From Candidatus Gottesmanbacteria bacterium (GTDB taxonomy: Bacteria; Patescibacteriota; Microgenomatia; 2-02-FULL-39-11): DNA of 64,000 nucleotides. The stretch covers positions 899 through 64,898 of the forward strand of contig JACPZE010000003.1 of NCBI GenBank assembly GCA_016195685.1. The letters run 5' to 3'. Of the stretch, positions 40,626-50,869 are shown in pieces. Under the pieces are notes generated by a model. That model was not told where the DNA came from and made no database searches. It saw only the letters and a list, made by a program, of their open reading frames with translations. Position 1 is the first letter of the stretch, and each line of letters opens with the position of its first letter. The position numbers were made by a program, and so were the translations under genes.

Positions 40626-41492
40626 TCAAGCTTTTACAACTTCCAATATTATCGGTTTCATATCATCCCACGGCCCATCCACTTTAAAATCATCACAAGC
40701 ACGCGCCATAAGCCTGACTATTTCCAAGAAATTCGCTTGTTTGCCTCCGGATGACCCCTGTACCAGGCACAAATCATAAGATCGGGCAGTGATAGGTGTA
40801 CCGTTTAAAGTATTGATCACTAGATGGGAATAACCATTGATAGTCACCCGGAGAATTCTGGATTTGAGTACATTTTCCTTCAGATGACTTTTTTTAATCG
40901 TTGTTTTTAAATTTCCATATCCATCAACTGATGCTAACTTATATAATGGCACATCGGGAATTTTATTTATGCTTATCTCATCTCCAATTTTACTCATATC
41001 ACCCGAAAGAATTGCCATTGCGGCTTCTGGATAATAATCACGAGAACGAAATTGTGTCCCTTCGTTGGAACAATCCACTATCCAAAGACCTTTTAACCTG
41101 CTTTTTACAAATGACAAATTATATCCGGCATTCACTGCAAAGACCGGAATACCATTATCCAATATTCCGCAGACAAAATACTGCCTTTGTTCTCCATGCC
41201 AGGTGATATCACCCCGAGGTGCTGTATTTGAGAAAATTACCAGATCTTTATGCTCACTATGGAGTCCCTCTTGGGCTATCCAAAATCCCGTTTCTATCGT
41301 GGAGAATGCATAAACAGGATGCTCTGTGATGTTCCTGATTTTTTTATCCTTGTCAAAGCGGTAAAAATGATTGCGCACTTCGGCAAAAGCATGATCTGTA
41401 GTATATCCTCCTCCATAATCAGCGATAACTTCAATATGAAGGCTGTTTTTTTCTATTTTACTTGTCGGTCGATAATTCCATTTGAAAGACAT
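40626..41492 (-). CDS. SAM hydroxide adenosyltransferase family protein (DUF62, fluorinase/chlorinase-like fold)
   Basis: N-terminal IADYGGGYTTDHAFAEV and C-terminal SVDGYGNLKTTI resemble DUF62 motifs (LTDFG..D.YVG / IDxFGNLxTN). Confidence 0.65.
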   Translation of the reverse strand: MSFKWNYRPTSKIEKNSLHIEVIADYGGGYTTDHAFAEVRNHFYRFDKDKKIRNITEHPVYAFSTIETGFWIAQEGLHSEHKDLVIFSNTAPRGDITWHGEQRQYFVCGILDNGIPVFAVNAGYNLSFVKSRLKGLWIVDCSNEGTQFRSRDYYPEAAMAILSGDMSKIGDEISINKIPDVPLYKLASVDGYGNLKTTIKKSHLKENVLKSRILRVTINGYSHLVINTLNGTPITARSYDLCLVQGSSGGKQANFLEIVRLMARACDDFKVDGPWDDMKPIILEVVKA

Positions 41493-41539
41493 ATGATAAT
41501 TATAACAAATTGCCTGAAAAATCTATAGCTACTTAAATT

Positions 41540-41884
41540 TTATTTTGGATTTTGATTTGAGGATCCGAATGAGGTAGCGGTTGGCAAATAGATTTTCACA
41601 TTGGGATAAAGTCTACCACATATTATATCGCCTTGTGGTAAAGAAGAATCACCTGGTCTAATTGCGTCACAAATATTTGATCAGGGTCTAAGTGCTGAAC
41701 AACTACGAGCATCTGATTGACTACAATTGACACGAAATACGGTTTTTCCCTTTACAGAAACAATCGTGTTTAATTGAATATGATCCGCTGGTATTACTAC
41801 AACATATCCACCAACTGGTTTCGCCAAGTCTGGAAAAGAGGCAGTTGCTTTATTTTCATCAAAATATTCTATAGGTAAACCCAT
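41540..41884 (-). pseudogene. ORF interrupted by an in-frame TGA (67-aa ORF plus 47 in-frame codons downstream)
   Basis: translation continues in the same frame after the TGA at 41681-41683 (…SALRP*SNICDAIRPGDSSLPQGDIICGRLYPNVKIYLPTATSFGSSNQNPK). Confidence 0.3.
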
Positions 41885-41906
41885 ATTCTATTTAGAAAAT
41901 ATTAAA

Positions 41907-43178
41907 TTATGTTCCCTCTTGCCAATTATTAAGGTAGTTTTCTTGTTCTTTTGTCAGTTTATCTATTTTAACTCCCAGCGCTTCCAATTTCAACCTTGCT
42001 ATATCTGTATCAATTTTTTGGGGAAGTCTGTAGACTTTGGGTGACAACTTCCCTCGGTGTTTTACCAACCATTCACAAGCAAGCGCTTGATTGGCAAAAG
42101 ACATATCCATCACTTCAGCCGGATGACCCTCTGCAGCTACTAAATTTATAAGCCTTCCCTCACCTAAAACATAGATTTTCTTCATTGTTGATTTTTGAAC
42201 CTTGATCGAATATTCTTCTACAAATGGTCGAAGTTGTCGCTTTTTTACAGAAATTTTTTCAAGCTTTTCAATCGCAATTTCCACATTGAAATGGCCTGCG
42301 TTGGCTAAAATTGCGCCATCCCTCATCTGCAAGATATGATCTATTGAAATCACGTGTTTATCTCCAGTAACGGTAACAAATATGTTTCCGATTTTGGCTG
42401 CATCACCTATCTTCATCACTTCATACCCATCCATCACCGCCTCGAGTGCCTTTACCGGATCAACTTCTGTAACTACAACATGTGCTCCCATCCCTCTTGC
42501 CCTTGATGCTAAACCTCTTCCGCACCAACCATATCCGCATACTACAAATGTTTTTCCGGCTAGTAATATATTTGTTGCTCTCATAATTCCATCTATGGTT
42601 GATTGCCCCGTGCCATAGCGGTTATCAAACATGTGTTTTGTATCACTGTAGTTTATAGCCATAACAGGAATTTTTAATGCCTTTTCTTTTTCCATTGCTT
42701 TTAGCCTTATAATTCCAGTTGTTGTTTCTTCATTTGAACCAATAACTTCTTTAATCTGTTCTTTTCTTTTAGTATGAAGAAGTGAAATTAGGTCTCCCCC
42801 ATCATCCATAGTAATTTGGGGATGGGTATCCAAAACTGCATTTATATGTTGGTAATAGACTTTATTATCCTCACCCTTTATGGCAAATGTAGGTATTTCA
42901 TAGTCAAATACTAAAGAGGAAGCTACATCATCCTGGGTGGAAAGAGGATTACAAGCACACAATGCTAAATTTGCTCCACCAGCCTGAAGAGCAAGCATCA
43001 AATTGGCAGTTTCTGCTGTCACATGCAAACACGCACCGATATTTATATCTCTGAGGGGTTTTTCCTTTTCGAACCTATCTTTTATAAGCGACAAGACTTG
43101 CATTGATTCACCAGCCCATTCAATTTTTTTCTTACCGACCGAAGCTAAAGTTTTATCTTTTATATCGAATTTAATCAT
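41907..43178 (-). CDS. ahcY: adenosylhomocysteinase
   Basis: NAD-binding [34 protein letters not shown]; overall SAHH architecture. Confidence 0.9.
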   Translation of the reverse strand: MIKFDIKDKTLASVGKKKIEWAGESMQVLSLIKDRFEKEKPLRDINIGACLHVTAETANLMLALQAGGANLALCACNPLSTQDDVASSLVFDYEIPTFAIKGEDNKVYYQHINAVLDTHPQITMDDGGDLISLLHTKRKEQIKEVIGSNEETTTGIIRLKAMEKEKALKIPVMAINYSDTKHMFDNRYGTGQSTIDGIMRATNILLAGKTFVVCGYGWCGRGLASRARGMGAHVVVTEVDPVKALEAVMDGYEVMKIGDAAKIGNIFVTVTGDKHVISIDHILQMRDGAILANAGHFNVEIAIEKLEKISVKKRQLRPFVEEYSIKVQKSTMKKIYVLGEGRLINLVAAEGHPAEVMDMSFANQALACEWLVKHRGKLSPKVYRLPQKIDTDIARLKLEALGVKIDKLTKEQENYLNNWQEGT

Positions 43179-43194
43179 AGATTGTAATTATCTC

Positions 43195-43893
43195 TTATTT
43201 TTGTATGATTTTCAAAAATACTTCTTTTTCTTTTAAGGAATCCAATATAAACTCTGCTCCTGCTTTTTCTAAAACATCCCTCTTATCATAACCTGAGCAA
43301 ACGCCGATCGGGTGAATATTTGCTTTTTTATCCGCATCCATATCGTATTTCGAATCCCCCACGTCATAGATATTTTCCTTAAAAAATTTCCTGCCCAATA
43401 TTTTTTCTGCATTTCCTATGGCGATTTCGATAGATTCCGCCTTGGAAGAAACATTATCTCCCCATCCGCCGGTAGTAAAATAACTTTCCAATTCACAACT
43501 TTTTAATCTATACATACCTATTTTTTCCAAATTACCGCTTTTTATGGCCAGAGGAATATTTTTTTGCGAAAGAGTAAAAAGAAGGTCAACTACGCCGGGC
43601 AAGATATATTTATGGTAATCTTTTTGTGCATGTGCAAAAAAATATTCTATTTTGGCTTGTTTTAAGTCCCCGATTTTTTCATTGATGACTTCCTTTTTGA
43701 TTTCATGACAAAGCTCCGGTACCTTTGCCAGTAAAACTACATCGGGCTGCCCATGGTGATCCGGCCAGTCGGAAAGTTTGGCATCTATCCCTAATACACT
43801 TTTCCATGCATAAGAAAATCCGTCTATATGTTCGGGTAATCCTCCGGCAAGAAGCGTCCAGTCTATGTCAAAAAGAATGAGAAGCTTATCCAT
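43195..43893 (-). CDS. HAD-superfamily hydrolase
   Basis: motif I LILFDIDWTL; start at internal Met giving ATGA overlap with upstream kinase gene. Confidence 0.55.
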   Translation of the reverse strand: MDKLLILFDIDWTLLAGGLPEHIDGFSYAWKSVLGIDAKLSDWPDHHGQPDVVLLAKVPELCHEIKKEVINEKIGDLKQAKIEYFFAHAQKDYHKYILPGVVDLLFTLSQKNIPLAIKSGNLEKIGMYRLKSCELESYFTTGGWGDNVSSKAESIEIAIGNAEKILGRKFFKENIYDVGDSKYDMDADKKANIHPIGVCSGYDKRDVLEKAGAEFILDSLKEKEVFLKIIQK

Positions 43894-44831
43894 CAAAGTT
43901 GTATCGTCACGCCAAAATTTTCCTTGTACCTTTTGCAAAACTCTTCGATTGTAAATTTATGAGTTGTCGTACCAAATTTTTCTACCGTGTATATCGCCGT
44001 CAGAGATCCCATCTGTCCGCAAGTTTTCAGAGGCAGATTGCGTAAGTATCCTGCTACAAATCCTGATCTATAGGCATCCCCCGCTCCTGCGGGGTCAGAG
44101 ATAGATTTGGCCCGGCCGGGCATGATTTTAATCTTCTCATTTTTGGTCATTATTTCTGAACCCTGATCTCCCATTGTAGTGATAATTATTTTATCTTCTT
44201 TTGCATAATCTGATATTGGAGCTTCCACTTTTTTCTCTATGATGCTCATTTCGTAATCATTGCCGATGATGATTTTAGCGCCGATAAAGGCAGATCTTAA
44301 TTCCCCTCCCGTTAACCAAGGAAGCTGCATACCCGGGTCAAATAAATACGGAATTTTTTTTTGTTGGTATTCCCTGGCAAATTTGATCATAGATCTGGGA
44401 TTTTGAGGTGATACAATACCGAAATCAATCATCCTATCTATACTATAAATTGATAGATGCTCGGATAATTTATCTGCACCCATATAAAATCCCCATATTT
44501 GATTATCTTTCGAATCTGTAATGCCAAAAGCAGTTGAAGTATATAAATTATTTACTACTTTTATGTATGAAGTATCTACCTGATTTGACTCTAAGAAATC
44601 CTTGTATGTGTTGAAATCCTCTCCTGCCACAGCCAAAATGCCTGTTTTAATACCTAAAAGAGATAGAGAGTAAGCTATGTTGCCTGCGGTACCTCCGAAA
44701 CTTTTGCGCATTTCGTCCACCAGGAATGAAACATTGAGTATGTGAATTTTATCCGGCATTATGTGGTCCCCTAATTTGCCGGGGAAATTCATAATATGAT
44801 CAAAAGCAAGCGAACCGGTTACTAGTATCAT
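43893..44831 (-). CDS. PfkB-family carbohydrate/nucleoside kinase (adenosine-kinase-like)
   Basis: PfkB signature DPAGAGDAYRSGFVAGYL; N-terminal GG motif region. Confidence 0.75.
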   Translation of the reverse strand: MILVTGSLAFDHIMNFPGKLGDHIMPDKIHILNVSFLVDEMRKSFGGTAGNIAYSLSLLGIKTGILAVAGEDFNTYKDFLESNQVDTSYIKVVNNLYTSTAFGITDSKDNQIWGFYMGADKLSEHLSIYSIDRMIDFGIVSPQNPRSMIKFAREYQQKKIPYLFDPGMQLPWLTGGELRSAFIGAKIIIGNDYEMSIIEKKVEAPISDYAKEDKIIITTMGDQGSEIMTKNEKIKIMPGRAKSISDPAGAGDAYRSGFVAGYLRNLPLKTCGQMGSLTAIYTVEKFGTTTHKFTIEEFCKRYKENFGVTIQL

Positions 44832-44868
44832 AAAAAATTAGGCGAGTAAGAATTTTCTTATTGCGAGC

Positions 44869-45156
44869 TTATTTATTTCCTCCTCCAAGTAATCCCTGCA
44901 AGCCTCCACTCATCTCAGTCAGCTTTTTGGCCGCAATTTCTTGGGATTTTTTGATAGCTTCGGAAAGCGCTTCTTTTACTTTCCAGTCATCCTGGCCATC
45001 TATCACCAGAGATTTTATTTTCTGGTCTCCGGTCATGACTACTTTCACACCATTTCTCTCCACCACCACTTCCTCGCCGGCTAACATCTGCTGCATTTTT
45101 ACCGCCTGGTCACGCATCGACTTCAGATCCCCAACGGCTTTAAACGGATTAAACAT
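44869..45156 (-). CDS. ybaB: nucleoid-associated protein YbaB/EbfC
   Basis: MFNPFKAVGDLKSMRDQAVKMQQ...GLQGLLGG typical YbaB; downstream of dnaX. Confidence 0.85.
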   Translation of the reverse strand: MFNPFKAVGDLKSMRDQAVKMQQMLAGEEVVVERNGVKVVMTGDQKIKSLVIDGQDDWKVKEALSEAIKKSQEIAAKKLTEMSGGLQGLLGGGNK

Positions 45157-45256
45157 TTTTTCCTCCTTTAATATTTAAAATTAATAATATTCAATCTAAT
45201 ATAATCTACTATCCACATTTTAGATTAGAATGTCAAATCTAATAAAGATTTGAGTT

Positions 45257-46354
45257 TTACGTTGTAGTTTTGAGTTCCTGTTCGCACCACTCCACCACCG
45301 CTACTTCCAAAGGTATTTGTGGCATGCTTGCATTTTTAAGATCGGTGTATACTTTGGAAAATAATTTTATAAGAGTAAGTACCTCTTTTGTTCCAAAAAC
45401 ACCGGTTAATTCAGTTTCTTCTCTTTCTTCCGATACATCGTGCTGTTTTAAAAGTATCTGATGCAATAAACGCAAAATATCTTCTACAAAGAAACGTATA
45501 TTTACTCCTCTTTCGACCATTTGATTTATTTGAGTGAGTACAACTTTTAAATTTTTTGCGGACAGAAGTTTGAGAAACTTTCCTGCTGTCATGTTGTCCC
45601 GACCCAAAATATGGGATAATTTTTCGGCAGTCAGCGCATTTTCCAAAATTGCCTGCTCCAGTATTTTTGTAGCATCCCGAAAAGACCCTTCGGAACTTTG
45701 GGCAATTTGGGTAAGAAAATCATCCGTTACGTCCAGTTTCTCTCCCTTAACCACTCTTTTTAGACAATTGACTATCTCAGAAACTTGTGCTTTTTTGAAG
45801 TTGAATATGATACAGCGAGAGAGAATTGTTGCCGGCAGTTTATCCGGTTCGGTAGTAGCCAGTACGAATACCGCATGGGCAGGAGGCTCTTCCAAAGTTT
45901 TCAGAAGAGCATTGAAAGCCTCTGTTGTCAACATATGAACTTCGTCAATGATATAAACCTTAAAGCGGGAAGAAACCGGCGCCAGCTTTATTTTTTCCCG
46001 AAGATCGCGGATCTCATCAATTCCTCTATTTGAAGCAGCGTCAATTTCCAAAACATCCAGATTTCTTCCCTCTGTTATGGAAATACAACTTTCGCAAGTA
46101 TTGCAAGGTTCGATATTAGTTGGTAGTTGTCCTTTATCCTTACTTTTCAATTCCTGACTCTTAATTCGCTTCTCGCAGTTTAAAATTTTCGCTACAATTC
46201 TGGCTGCGGATGTTTTCCCAGTACCGCGACTTCCGCAAAAAAGAAGAGCATGGGGGGTAAATGCAGATGAAAATGTCCGGATCAATCTATCCCTTACTTC
46301 ACTACTATCTAGCTCAGATAAATTTTGAGGACGGTATTTTCTGTACAGAGTCAT
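45257..46354 (-). CDS. dnaX: DNA polymerase III subunit gamma/tau (short form)
   Basis: AAA+ P-loop GSRGTGKTSAARIVAKILNC; Zn module CNTCESC; SRC motif ATTEPDKLPATILSRC. Confidence 0.85.
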   Translation of the reverse strand: MTLYRKYRPQNLSELDSSEVRDRLIRTFSSAFTPHALLFCGSRGTGKTSAARIVAKILNCEKRIKSQELKSKDKGQLPTNIEPCNTCESCISITEGRNLDVLEIDAASNRGIDEIRDLREKIKLAPVSSRFKVYIIDEVHMLTTEAFNALLKTLEEPPAHAVFVLATTEPDKLPATILSRCIIFNFKKAQVSEIVNCLKRVVKGEKLDVTDDFLTQIAQSSEGSFRDATKILEQAILENALTAEKLSHILGRDNMTAGKFLKLLSAKNLKVVLTQINQMVERGVNIRFFVEDILRLLHQILLKQHDVSEEREETELTGVFGTKEVLTLIKLFSKVYTDLKNASMPQIPLEVAVVEWCEQELKTTT

Positions 46355-46365
46355 ATTTAAATGTA

Positions 46366-46761
46366 TTACTCATGGTGCTGTCCCAACAAATGCAACATAC
46401 TATGTGCCACTAATTCATCTATCTTGTCATCCACTAATTTATTTTCTACCGATGCATCTTCCCTGGCCTGAGGATAAGATATAATAATATCACCTAACCT
46501 CAAAATATTATCCGGAGGATCTACAAAGGGTTTATCATTTGCGTCACCTCCAAGAGGAAAAGAGAGTACATCGGTAGTTTCATCTAAGTTCCGGTATTTT
46601 TTATTTAGCTCCTTCATCAACCGATCGCCCACTATATTTACACTTACCTCTATTTTTCCTTTGACTCCTTTTTCTCCTAATACTTTCTCTACGGCACTTC
46701 TTATCCTCTGCCGATCTACCGTGTAATGTGACTCTGTTTTAATGAGTACATTGATCATCAA
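46366..46761 (-). CDS. ybeY: rRNA maturation endoribonuclease YbeY
   Basis: metal-binding motif HSMLHLLGQHHE. Confidence 0.85.
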   Translation of the reverse strand: MMINVLIKTESHYTVDRQRIRSAVEKVLGEKGVKGKIEVSVNIVGDRLMKELNKKYRNLDETTDVLSFPLGGDANDKPFVDPPDNILRLGDIIISYPQAREDASVENKLVDDKIDELVAHSMLHLLGQHHE

Positions 46762-46967
46762 ATTTTCGATACCCTTGCGCGGGCGCGTTTCCTAGCCTTT
46801 TGACGTCTTTGAATTTCTTTATTATGCTCTTTTCTTTTTTCTGCAGGTTTTTGATAGAATTCTTTCTGTTTAAATTCTAAAAGAAGTCCCTCCATAATCA
46901 CCTTTTTGGTAAATTTACGGATGACAGAATCAGTTGTATCACCTGGTTGAGCTTTCACAAAAATCAT
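46758..46967 (-). CDS. rpsU: 30S ribosomal protein S21
   Basis: basic 69-aa protein with S21-like REFYQKPAEKRKE...RARARV. Confidence 0.75.
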   Translation of the reverse strand: MIFVKAQPGDTTDSVIRKFTKKVIMEGLLLEFKQKEFYQKPAEKRKEHNKEIQRRQKARKRARARVSKI

Positions 46968-46988
46968 AAAATATAAAACACCCCCTTT

Positions 46989-47336
46989 TTATACTTGCCA
47001 TCCCGGGCTTTTATTCCATCCTCCCAAAAGATGCAAGTGCAAATGGAAAACCAATTGTCCTGCCCCTTCTCCATTATTTATTACCACTTTATACCCGCCT
47101 TTATCAATCCCCAACTTCTTGGCAACATTGTGGACAGTCAAAATTACCTCTCCCATTAAATCTTTCTCACCGTCATTGACCGAACGCAATGATTCCAAAT
47201 GCTTTTTAGGCATTACTAATACATGAACTGGGGCCTTGGGACTTATATCGTAAAAACCTACCATCAACTCATCCTGATAAACAAATTTTGCCGGTATTTC
47301 CCCTTTTATAATTTTACAAAAAATACAATCAGTCAT
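46989..47336 (-). CDS. HIT-family (histidine triad) protein
   Basis: HLHLHLLGG histidine triad. Confidence 0.85.
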   Translation of the reverse strand: MTDCIFCKIIKGEIPAKFVYQDELMVGFYDISPKAPVHVLVMPKKHLESLRSVNDGEKDLMGEVILTVHNVAKKLGIDKGGYKVVINNGEGAGQLVFHLHLHLLGGWNKSPGWQV

Positions 47337-48211
47337 TTCTGCAAAACATCAATAATCTCCCTTAGTGTCAACGAACTTGGCTTGCTATCAGGATTCTTGA
47401 CAGATCCGTTTAACACCATTTTTCGGCTTGCATGCAAAAACCATGTAGCTTGCGGGTCCATTTTCTTATATATATTGTAACACGGAGTAAGATTTGCTTT
47501 CGATTCCGGAAGTGCTTTTATTCTGACAAAGCCTTTTTTGGGATCTTTCCTTACCGCTACTGTATATCCTTGTTTTTGGGCTATCCGCACAGTCTCATCA
47601 TTTATAGTTTCTAAAGCTAATCCCTTACCCCAAGGAGTTTTAAATTCTATTCCTTTTTCTTTTATCTCTTCTTCTGCCCAAACTTTGTTTTGGAATGATT
47701 TATATATCCCGTCCAGTGCAATCATACTGAAATCTACAATTTTTATGTTTTTATCAGCCATAGTCAGTTTCAACCCGTCCAGGATACCAATCAATCCCAT
47801 TTCATAAAAATCAGCATTGGGATTGGGATAATAAACCTCCCGGAAATGGTCTATATCATTTACTACTTCTACTAACCTTTCTAATGCTTCATTCTCCCAT
47901 TTTTGATTTTTGCCCGCCCCGCGCCGGGCGAGGCCGGGGCTTTTTGACTTTTGAGTTTTAGATTTGATGTATTCCAAACATCTTCTCGCTGCGCAGGTAT
48001 CTTCATCGGTTTGGTGATGATCAAGTATCCCCATACCTGTATCTACATGTAGAATTTCGGGGTCACTATCCACTATTTCATTATTCAAAGTTTTCCCGGC
48101 CGGCACGAAGTCCACGTCCGCCTTTTCCCATCCGGGTAAAAATCGCTTCAGCAACCAAACAGAAGTAACCGCATCCACATCAGGCGCAATATGAGTAACT
48201 ATCGTTTTCAT
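47333..48211 (-). CDS. DHH-family phosphoesterase (NrnA-like)
   Basis: HIAPDVDAVTS and LDHHQ motifs; contains an unusual GC-rich in-frame segment. Confidence 0.65.
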   Translation of the reverse strand: MKTIVTHIAPDVDAVTSVWLLKRFLPGWEKADVDFVPAGKTLNNEIVDSDPEILHVDTGMGILDHHQTDEDTCAARRCLEYIKSKTQKSKSPGLARRGAGKNQKWENEALERLVEVVNDIDHFREVYYPNPNADFYEMGLIGILDGLKLTMADKNIKIVDFSMIALDGIYKSFQNKVWAEEEIKEKGIEFKTPWGKGLALETINDETVRIAQKQGYTVAVRKDPKKGFVRIKALPESKANLTPCYNIYKKMDPQATWFLHASRKMVLNGSVKNPDSKPSSLTLREIIDVLQK

Positions 48212-48251
48212 CGCTCTATTTTAAAACTAATGGGGATTTGAAACAAGACTG

Positions 48252-49457
48252 TTAATATGCTTGGGCGAAATACCAGCGGTGGGTAGATGCTTTGCCGCAA
48301 TAAATACATTCCCCTTTATCTTCTTTAGCATCCAAAGGTAATACCCTACTGGTTGCTTTAGTTTCTTCTTTTATCTTGGCTTCACAGACCGGATCTTCAC
48401 ACCAGAAAGTATAGATCAATCCCTTTTTTGTCTTCATTATTTCTTTAAACTCGACGTAGTTTTCTATTTTGTGTGTATTTTCTTCTCGGAATTTTTTCAT
48501 CCGCCCAAAAATATTTATCTGTATTTCATCCAGTAATTTTTTCATCTCGCTTACCAACTTTGTCCTACTTACCTTTATTTTCTCTCCCGTATCTCGTCTT
48601 ACTACTGTCATTTCATTTGCATCTATTTCCCTTTCTCCCAGTTCAATTCTCAAAGGTACTCCTTTTAGTTCCCATTCGTTGAATTTCCATCCTACGGTTT
48701 TTTCTTCTCTATCATCTACCTGTACTCGGAAACCTTGTTTATTTAAAAGTATTTTTAATTCTTCGCTGTATTTTTTAACTTTTGAAGTGATTTTGATAGG
48801 TACAATCACTACTTGGATCGAAGCAATTTTAGGCGGAAGGATAAGTCCCTGGTCATCTCCGTGTGAAAGTATTAAGGCACCTATTACACGGGTTGTTTCT
48901 GCCCAACTAGTTTGCCATACATATTGCTGCTTACCTTCCTTATCCAAATATTTTATATCAAATACTTTGGCAAAATTGTCTCCAAGATGATGTGACGTAC
49001 CCATCTGGATAACTTTTCCATCCGGCATAAGTGATTCGAGGGAATAAGTAATAGCTGCCCCGGGAAATCTTTCACTTTGGGATTTTTTTCCAGTAATCAC
49101 TGGAATGGCTAATATTTCCTCATCAAATTTTGCATATATTTTTAGTATTTTGCGGGCAAAATTATCTGCGTCTTCAAAAGTTGCATGAGCAGTATGCCCT
49201 TCCTGCCAAAGAAATTCAGTCGTACGTCTGTGCGGAATAAACAGAGGAAAATAAGCGTTCTTTACTCCCAATTCTTTAAATCGATCATCCAGATAATCTT
49301 GAATTTTTTCCCAAATCTCGTAACCGTAAGGCCTAATGATCATACAGCCCTTTACCGGTGAGTAATCCGCCATTTCGGCTTTGAGAATAACATCGGTATA
49401 CCACCTGTCAAAATCCTGAGACTTTTTTGCGATCTCTTTTTTATCGAACTGTTTCAT
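48252..49457 (-). CDS. proS: prolyl-tRNA synthetase, archaeal/eukaryotic type
   Basis: class II core with archaeal-type N-terminus (DFDRWYTDVILKAEMADYSPVKGCMIIRPYGY) and C-terminal Cys-rich Zn module ending ...Y. Confidence 0.85.
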   Translation of the reverse strand: MKQFDKKEIAKKSQDFDRWYTDVILKAEMADYSPVKGCMIIRPYGYEIWEKIQDYLDDRFKELGVKNAYFPLFIPHRRTTEFLWQEGHTAHATFEDADNFARKILKIYAKFDEEILAIPVITGKKSQSERFPGAAITYSLESLMPDGKVIQMGTSHHLGDNFAKVFDIKYLDKEGKQQYVWQTSWAETTRVIGALILSHGDDQGLILPPKIASIQVVIVPIKITSKVKKYSEELKILLNKQGFRVQVDDREEKTVGWKFNEWELKGVPLRIELGEREIDANEMTVVRRDTGEKIKVSRTKLVSEMKKLLDEIQINIFGRMKKFREENTHKIENYVEFKEIMKTKKGLIYTFWCEDPVCEAKIKEETKATSRVLPLDAKEDKGECIYCGKASTHRWYFAQAY

Positions 49458-49458
49458 A

Positions 49459-49785
49459 TCAATAAATTCTTTTTCCCAATTTGGCCTGCGGAAGAGGAGT
49501 TAGAAGTTCATATCCTCCTTCATCACGCTGTGCTCCCAAAGTCAAAACTTCAGAGATAAAAGGACCTATCTGTTTCGGCGCAAAATTAACTACACAAATT
49601 ACTTGCCGTCCGATAAGTTCTTCTTTTTTATAATTTACTATCTGTGCTGAAGATTTTTTTATCCCCAACGGTCCAAAATCAATCGTCAGTTTATAAGCGG
49701 GTTTGATAGCTTGTGGGAAATCTTCTACTGCAATCACCTTTCCCACCCGCATATCCACTTTTGCAAAATCATCATACGTTATCAT
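49459..49785 (-). CDS. CsaA/Trbp111-like tRNA-binding domain protein
   Basis: OB-fold tRNA-binding pattern DFAKVDMRVGKVIAVEDFP...KKSSAQIVN. Confidence 0.75.
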   Translation of the reverse strand: MITYDDFAKVDMRVGKVIAVEDFPQAIKPAYKLTIDFGPLGIKKSSAQIVNYKKEELIGRQVICVVNFAPKQIGPFISEVLTLGAQRDEGGYELLTPLPQAKLGKRIY

Positions 49786-49810
49786 ATTTATATAATTATA
49801 TATGCTGTTT

Positions 49811-50833
49811 TTAATTTAATAAAGCAAATAAATCTTTAGGATCGGTAACTACTGGTGTCATATTGAGTTCTTCACCTATGTGATATTTTTGGGCAAGCTC
49901 ATATGTTAACCTTAGCACTGAATAATCTTCCAGTGCTATGCCGACGGAATCAAATAGAGTTATTTCCCGCTCATTTTCGCGGCCGCATTTAAAACCATTT
50001 ATCAATTCATAAAGCTCTCCATACACAAGTTTTTTTGCTTGAGATTTTTCCAGAACCTGGATTTCTCCTTCATCCTTTGATTGGTCAAAATATTCCACTA
50101 CTATACGACTCATAGGTAAAATACTTGCTTCCAACTCCGTTTTGCCTTTACTATCTCCACCGATAGCGTTTATATGAACCCCAGCCTTCACCCAATCCTT
50201 TTTTAGTGCTTCCATATGACCATAACATACCGTACAAACCGTAATAATATCAGCACTTTGTGTTGCTTCTTTGGCACTCTTACATCTTATTAGTCTTAAA
50301 TCTTTTCCGCTTAAATTCTTCTCGAATTTATCCATTGCTTTTGCATCTATATCAAAATATCGTACTTCCTTAATTCCTCTTATAATTTGCATTGCTTTCA
50401 CTTGAAATTCACTTTGGGCACCAGTTCCGATGATTGCTAAAGTCTTGGCATTTTTGCGAGCCATGAAATCCGCTGCTAACGCTGAGGTGGCCGCGGTTCG
50501 CAAAGCTGTAAGTATGGTCATCTCACTAAACATAAGTGGATAACCGGTGGCAATACTGACAAGTTGACCGGTAGCCACAATTGTTTGTTTACCAATCGAC
50601 GGGTTTTTAGGATGTAAATTCACGTATTTGAAAGTGTAATAAAGCTCATTATCACAAATAGGCATAAGCTCCAATACGCCAGCCGAGACACGCATACCCG
50701 GACGAGGTATTTTCGCAAACGTATGCCAACGACCAAAATCTCTCCGAAGAGATTTCATAACATCCCCCATGAAATTATCAAATCCATGAAGATTAAGCAG
50801 TTTAATTAGTGATTCCTCAGTTATTATTTTCAT
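49811..50833 (-). CDS. ornithine cyclodeaminase / mu-crystallin family enzyme (likely proline-forming)
   Basis: Rossmann motif AIIGTGAQSEFQVKAM and OCD-family length and pattern; sits under a T-box-type leader with proS. Confidence 0.7.
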   Translation of the reverse strand: MKIITEESLIKLLNLHGFDNFMGDVMKSLRRDFGRWHTFAKIPRPGMRVSAGVLELMPICDNELYYTFKYVNLHPKNPSIGKQTIVATGQLVSIATGYPLMFSEMTILTALRTAATSALAADFMARKNAKTLAIIGTGAQSEFQVKAMQIIRGIKEVRYFDIDAKAMDKFEKNLSGKDLRLIRCKSAKEATQSADIITVCTVCYGHMEALKKDWVKAGVHINAIGGDSKGKTELEASILPMSRIVVEYFDQSKDEGEIQVLEKSQAKKLVYGELYELINGFKCGRENEREITLFDSVGIALEDYSVLRLTYELAQKYHIGEELNMTPVVTDPKDLFALLN

Positions 50834-50869
50834 AATAGATTCGTCGTTTCACTCCTCAAACTCTGTTCA

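Noticed and set aside
41540-41884. In-frame TGA as evidence for an alternative genetic code (TGA sense)
   Set aside because: TGA terminates several clear genes in this window (rpmE at 18363-18365, the RF at 19058-19060, the DUF62 gene at 40626-40628), so standard code 11 applies. The interrupted ORF is more likely a pseudogene or an error.
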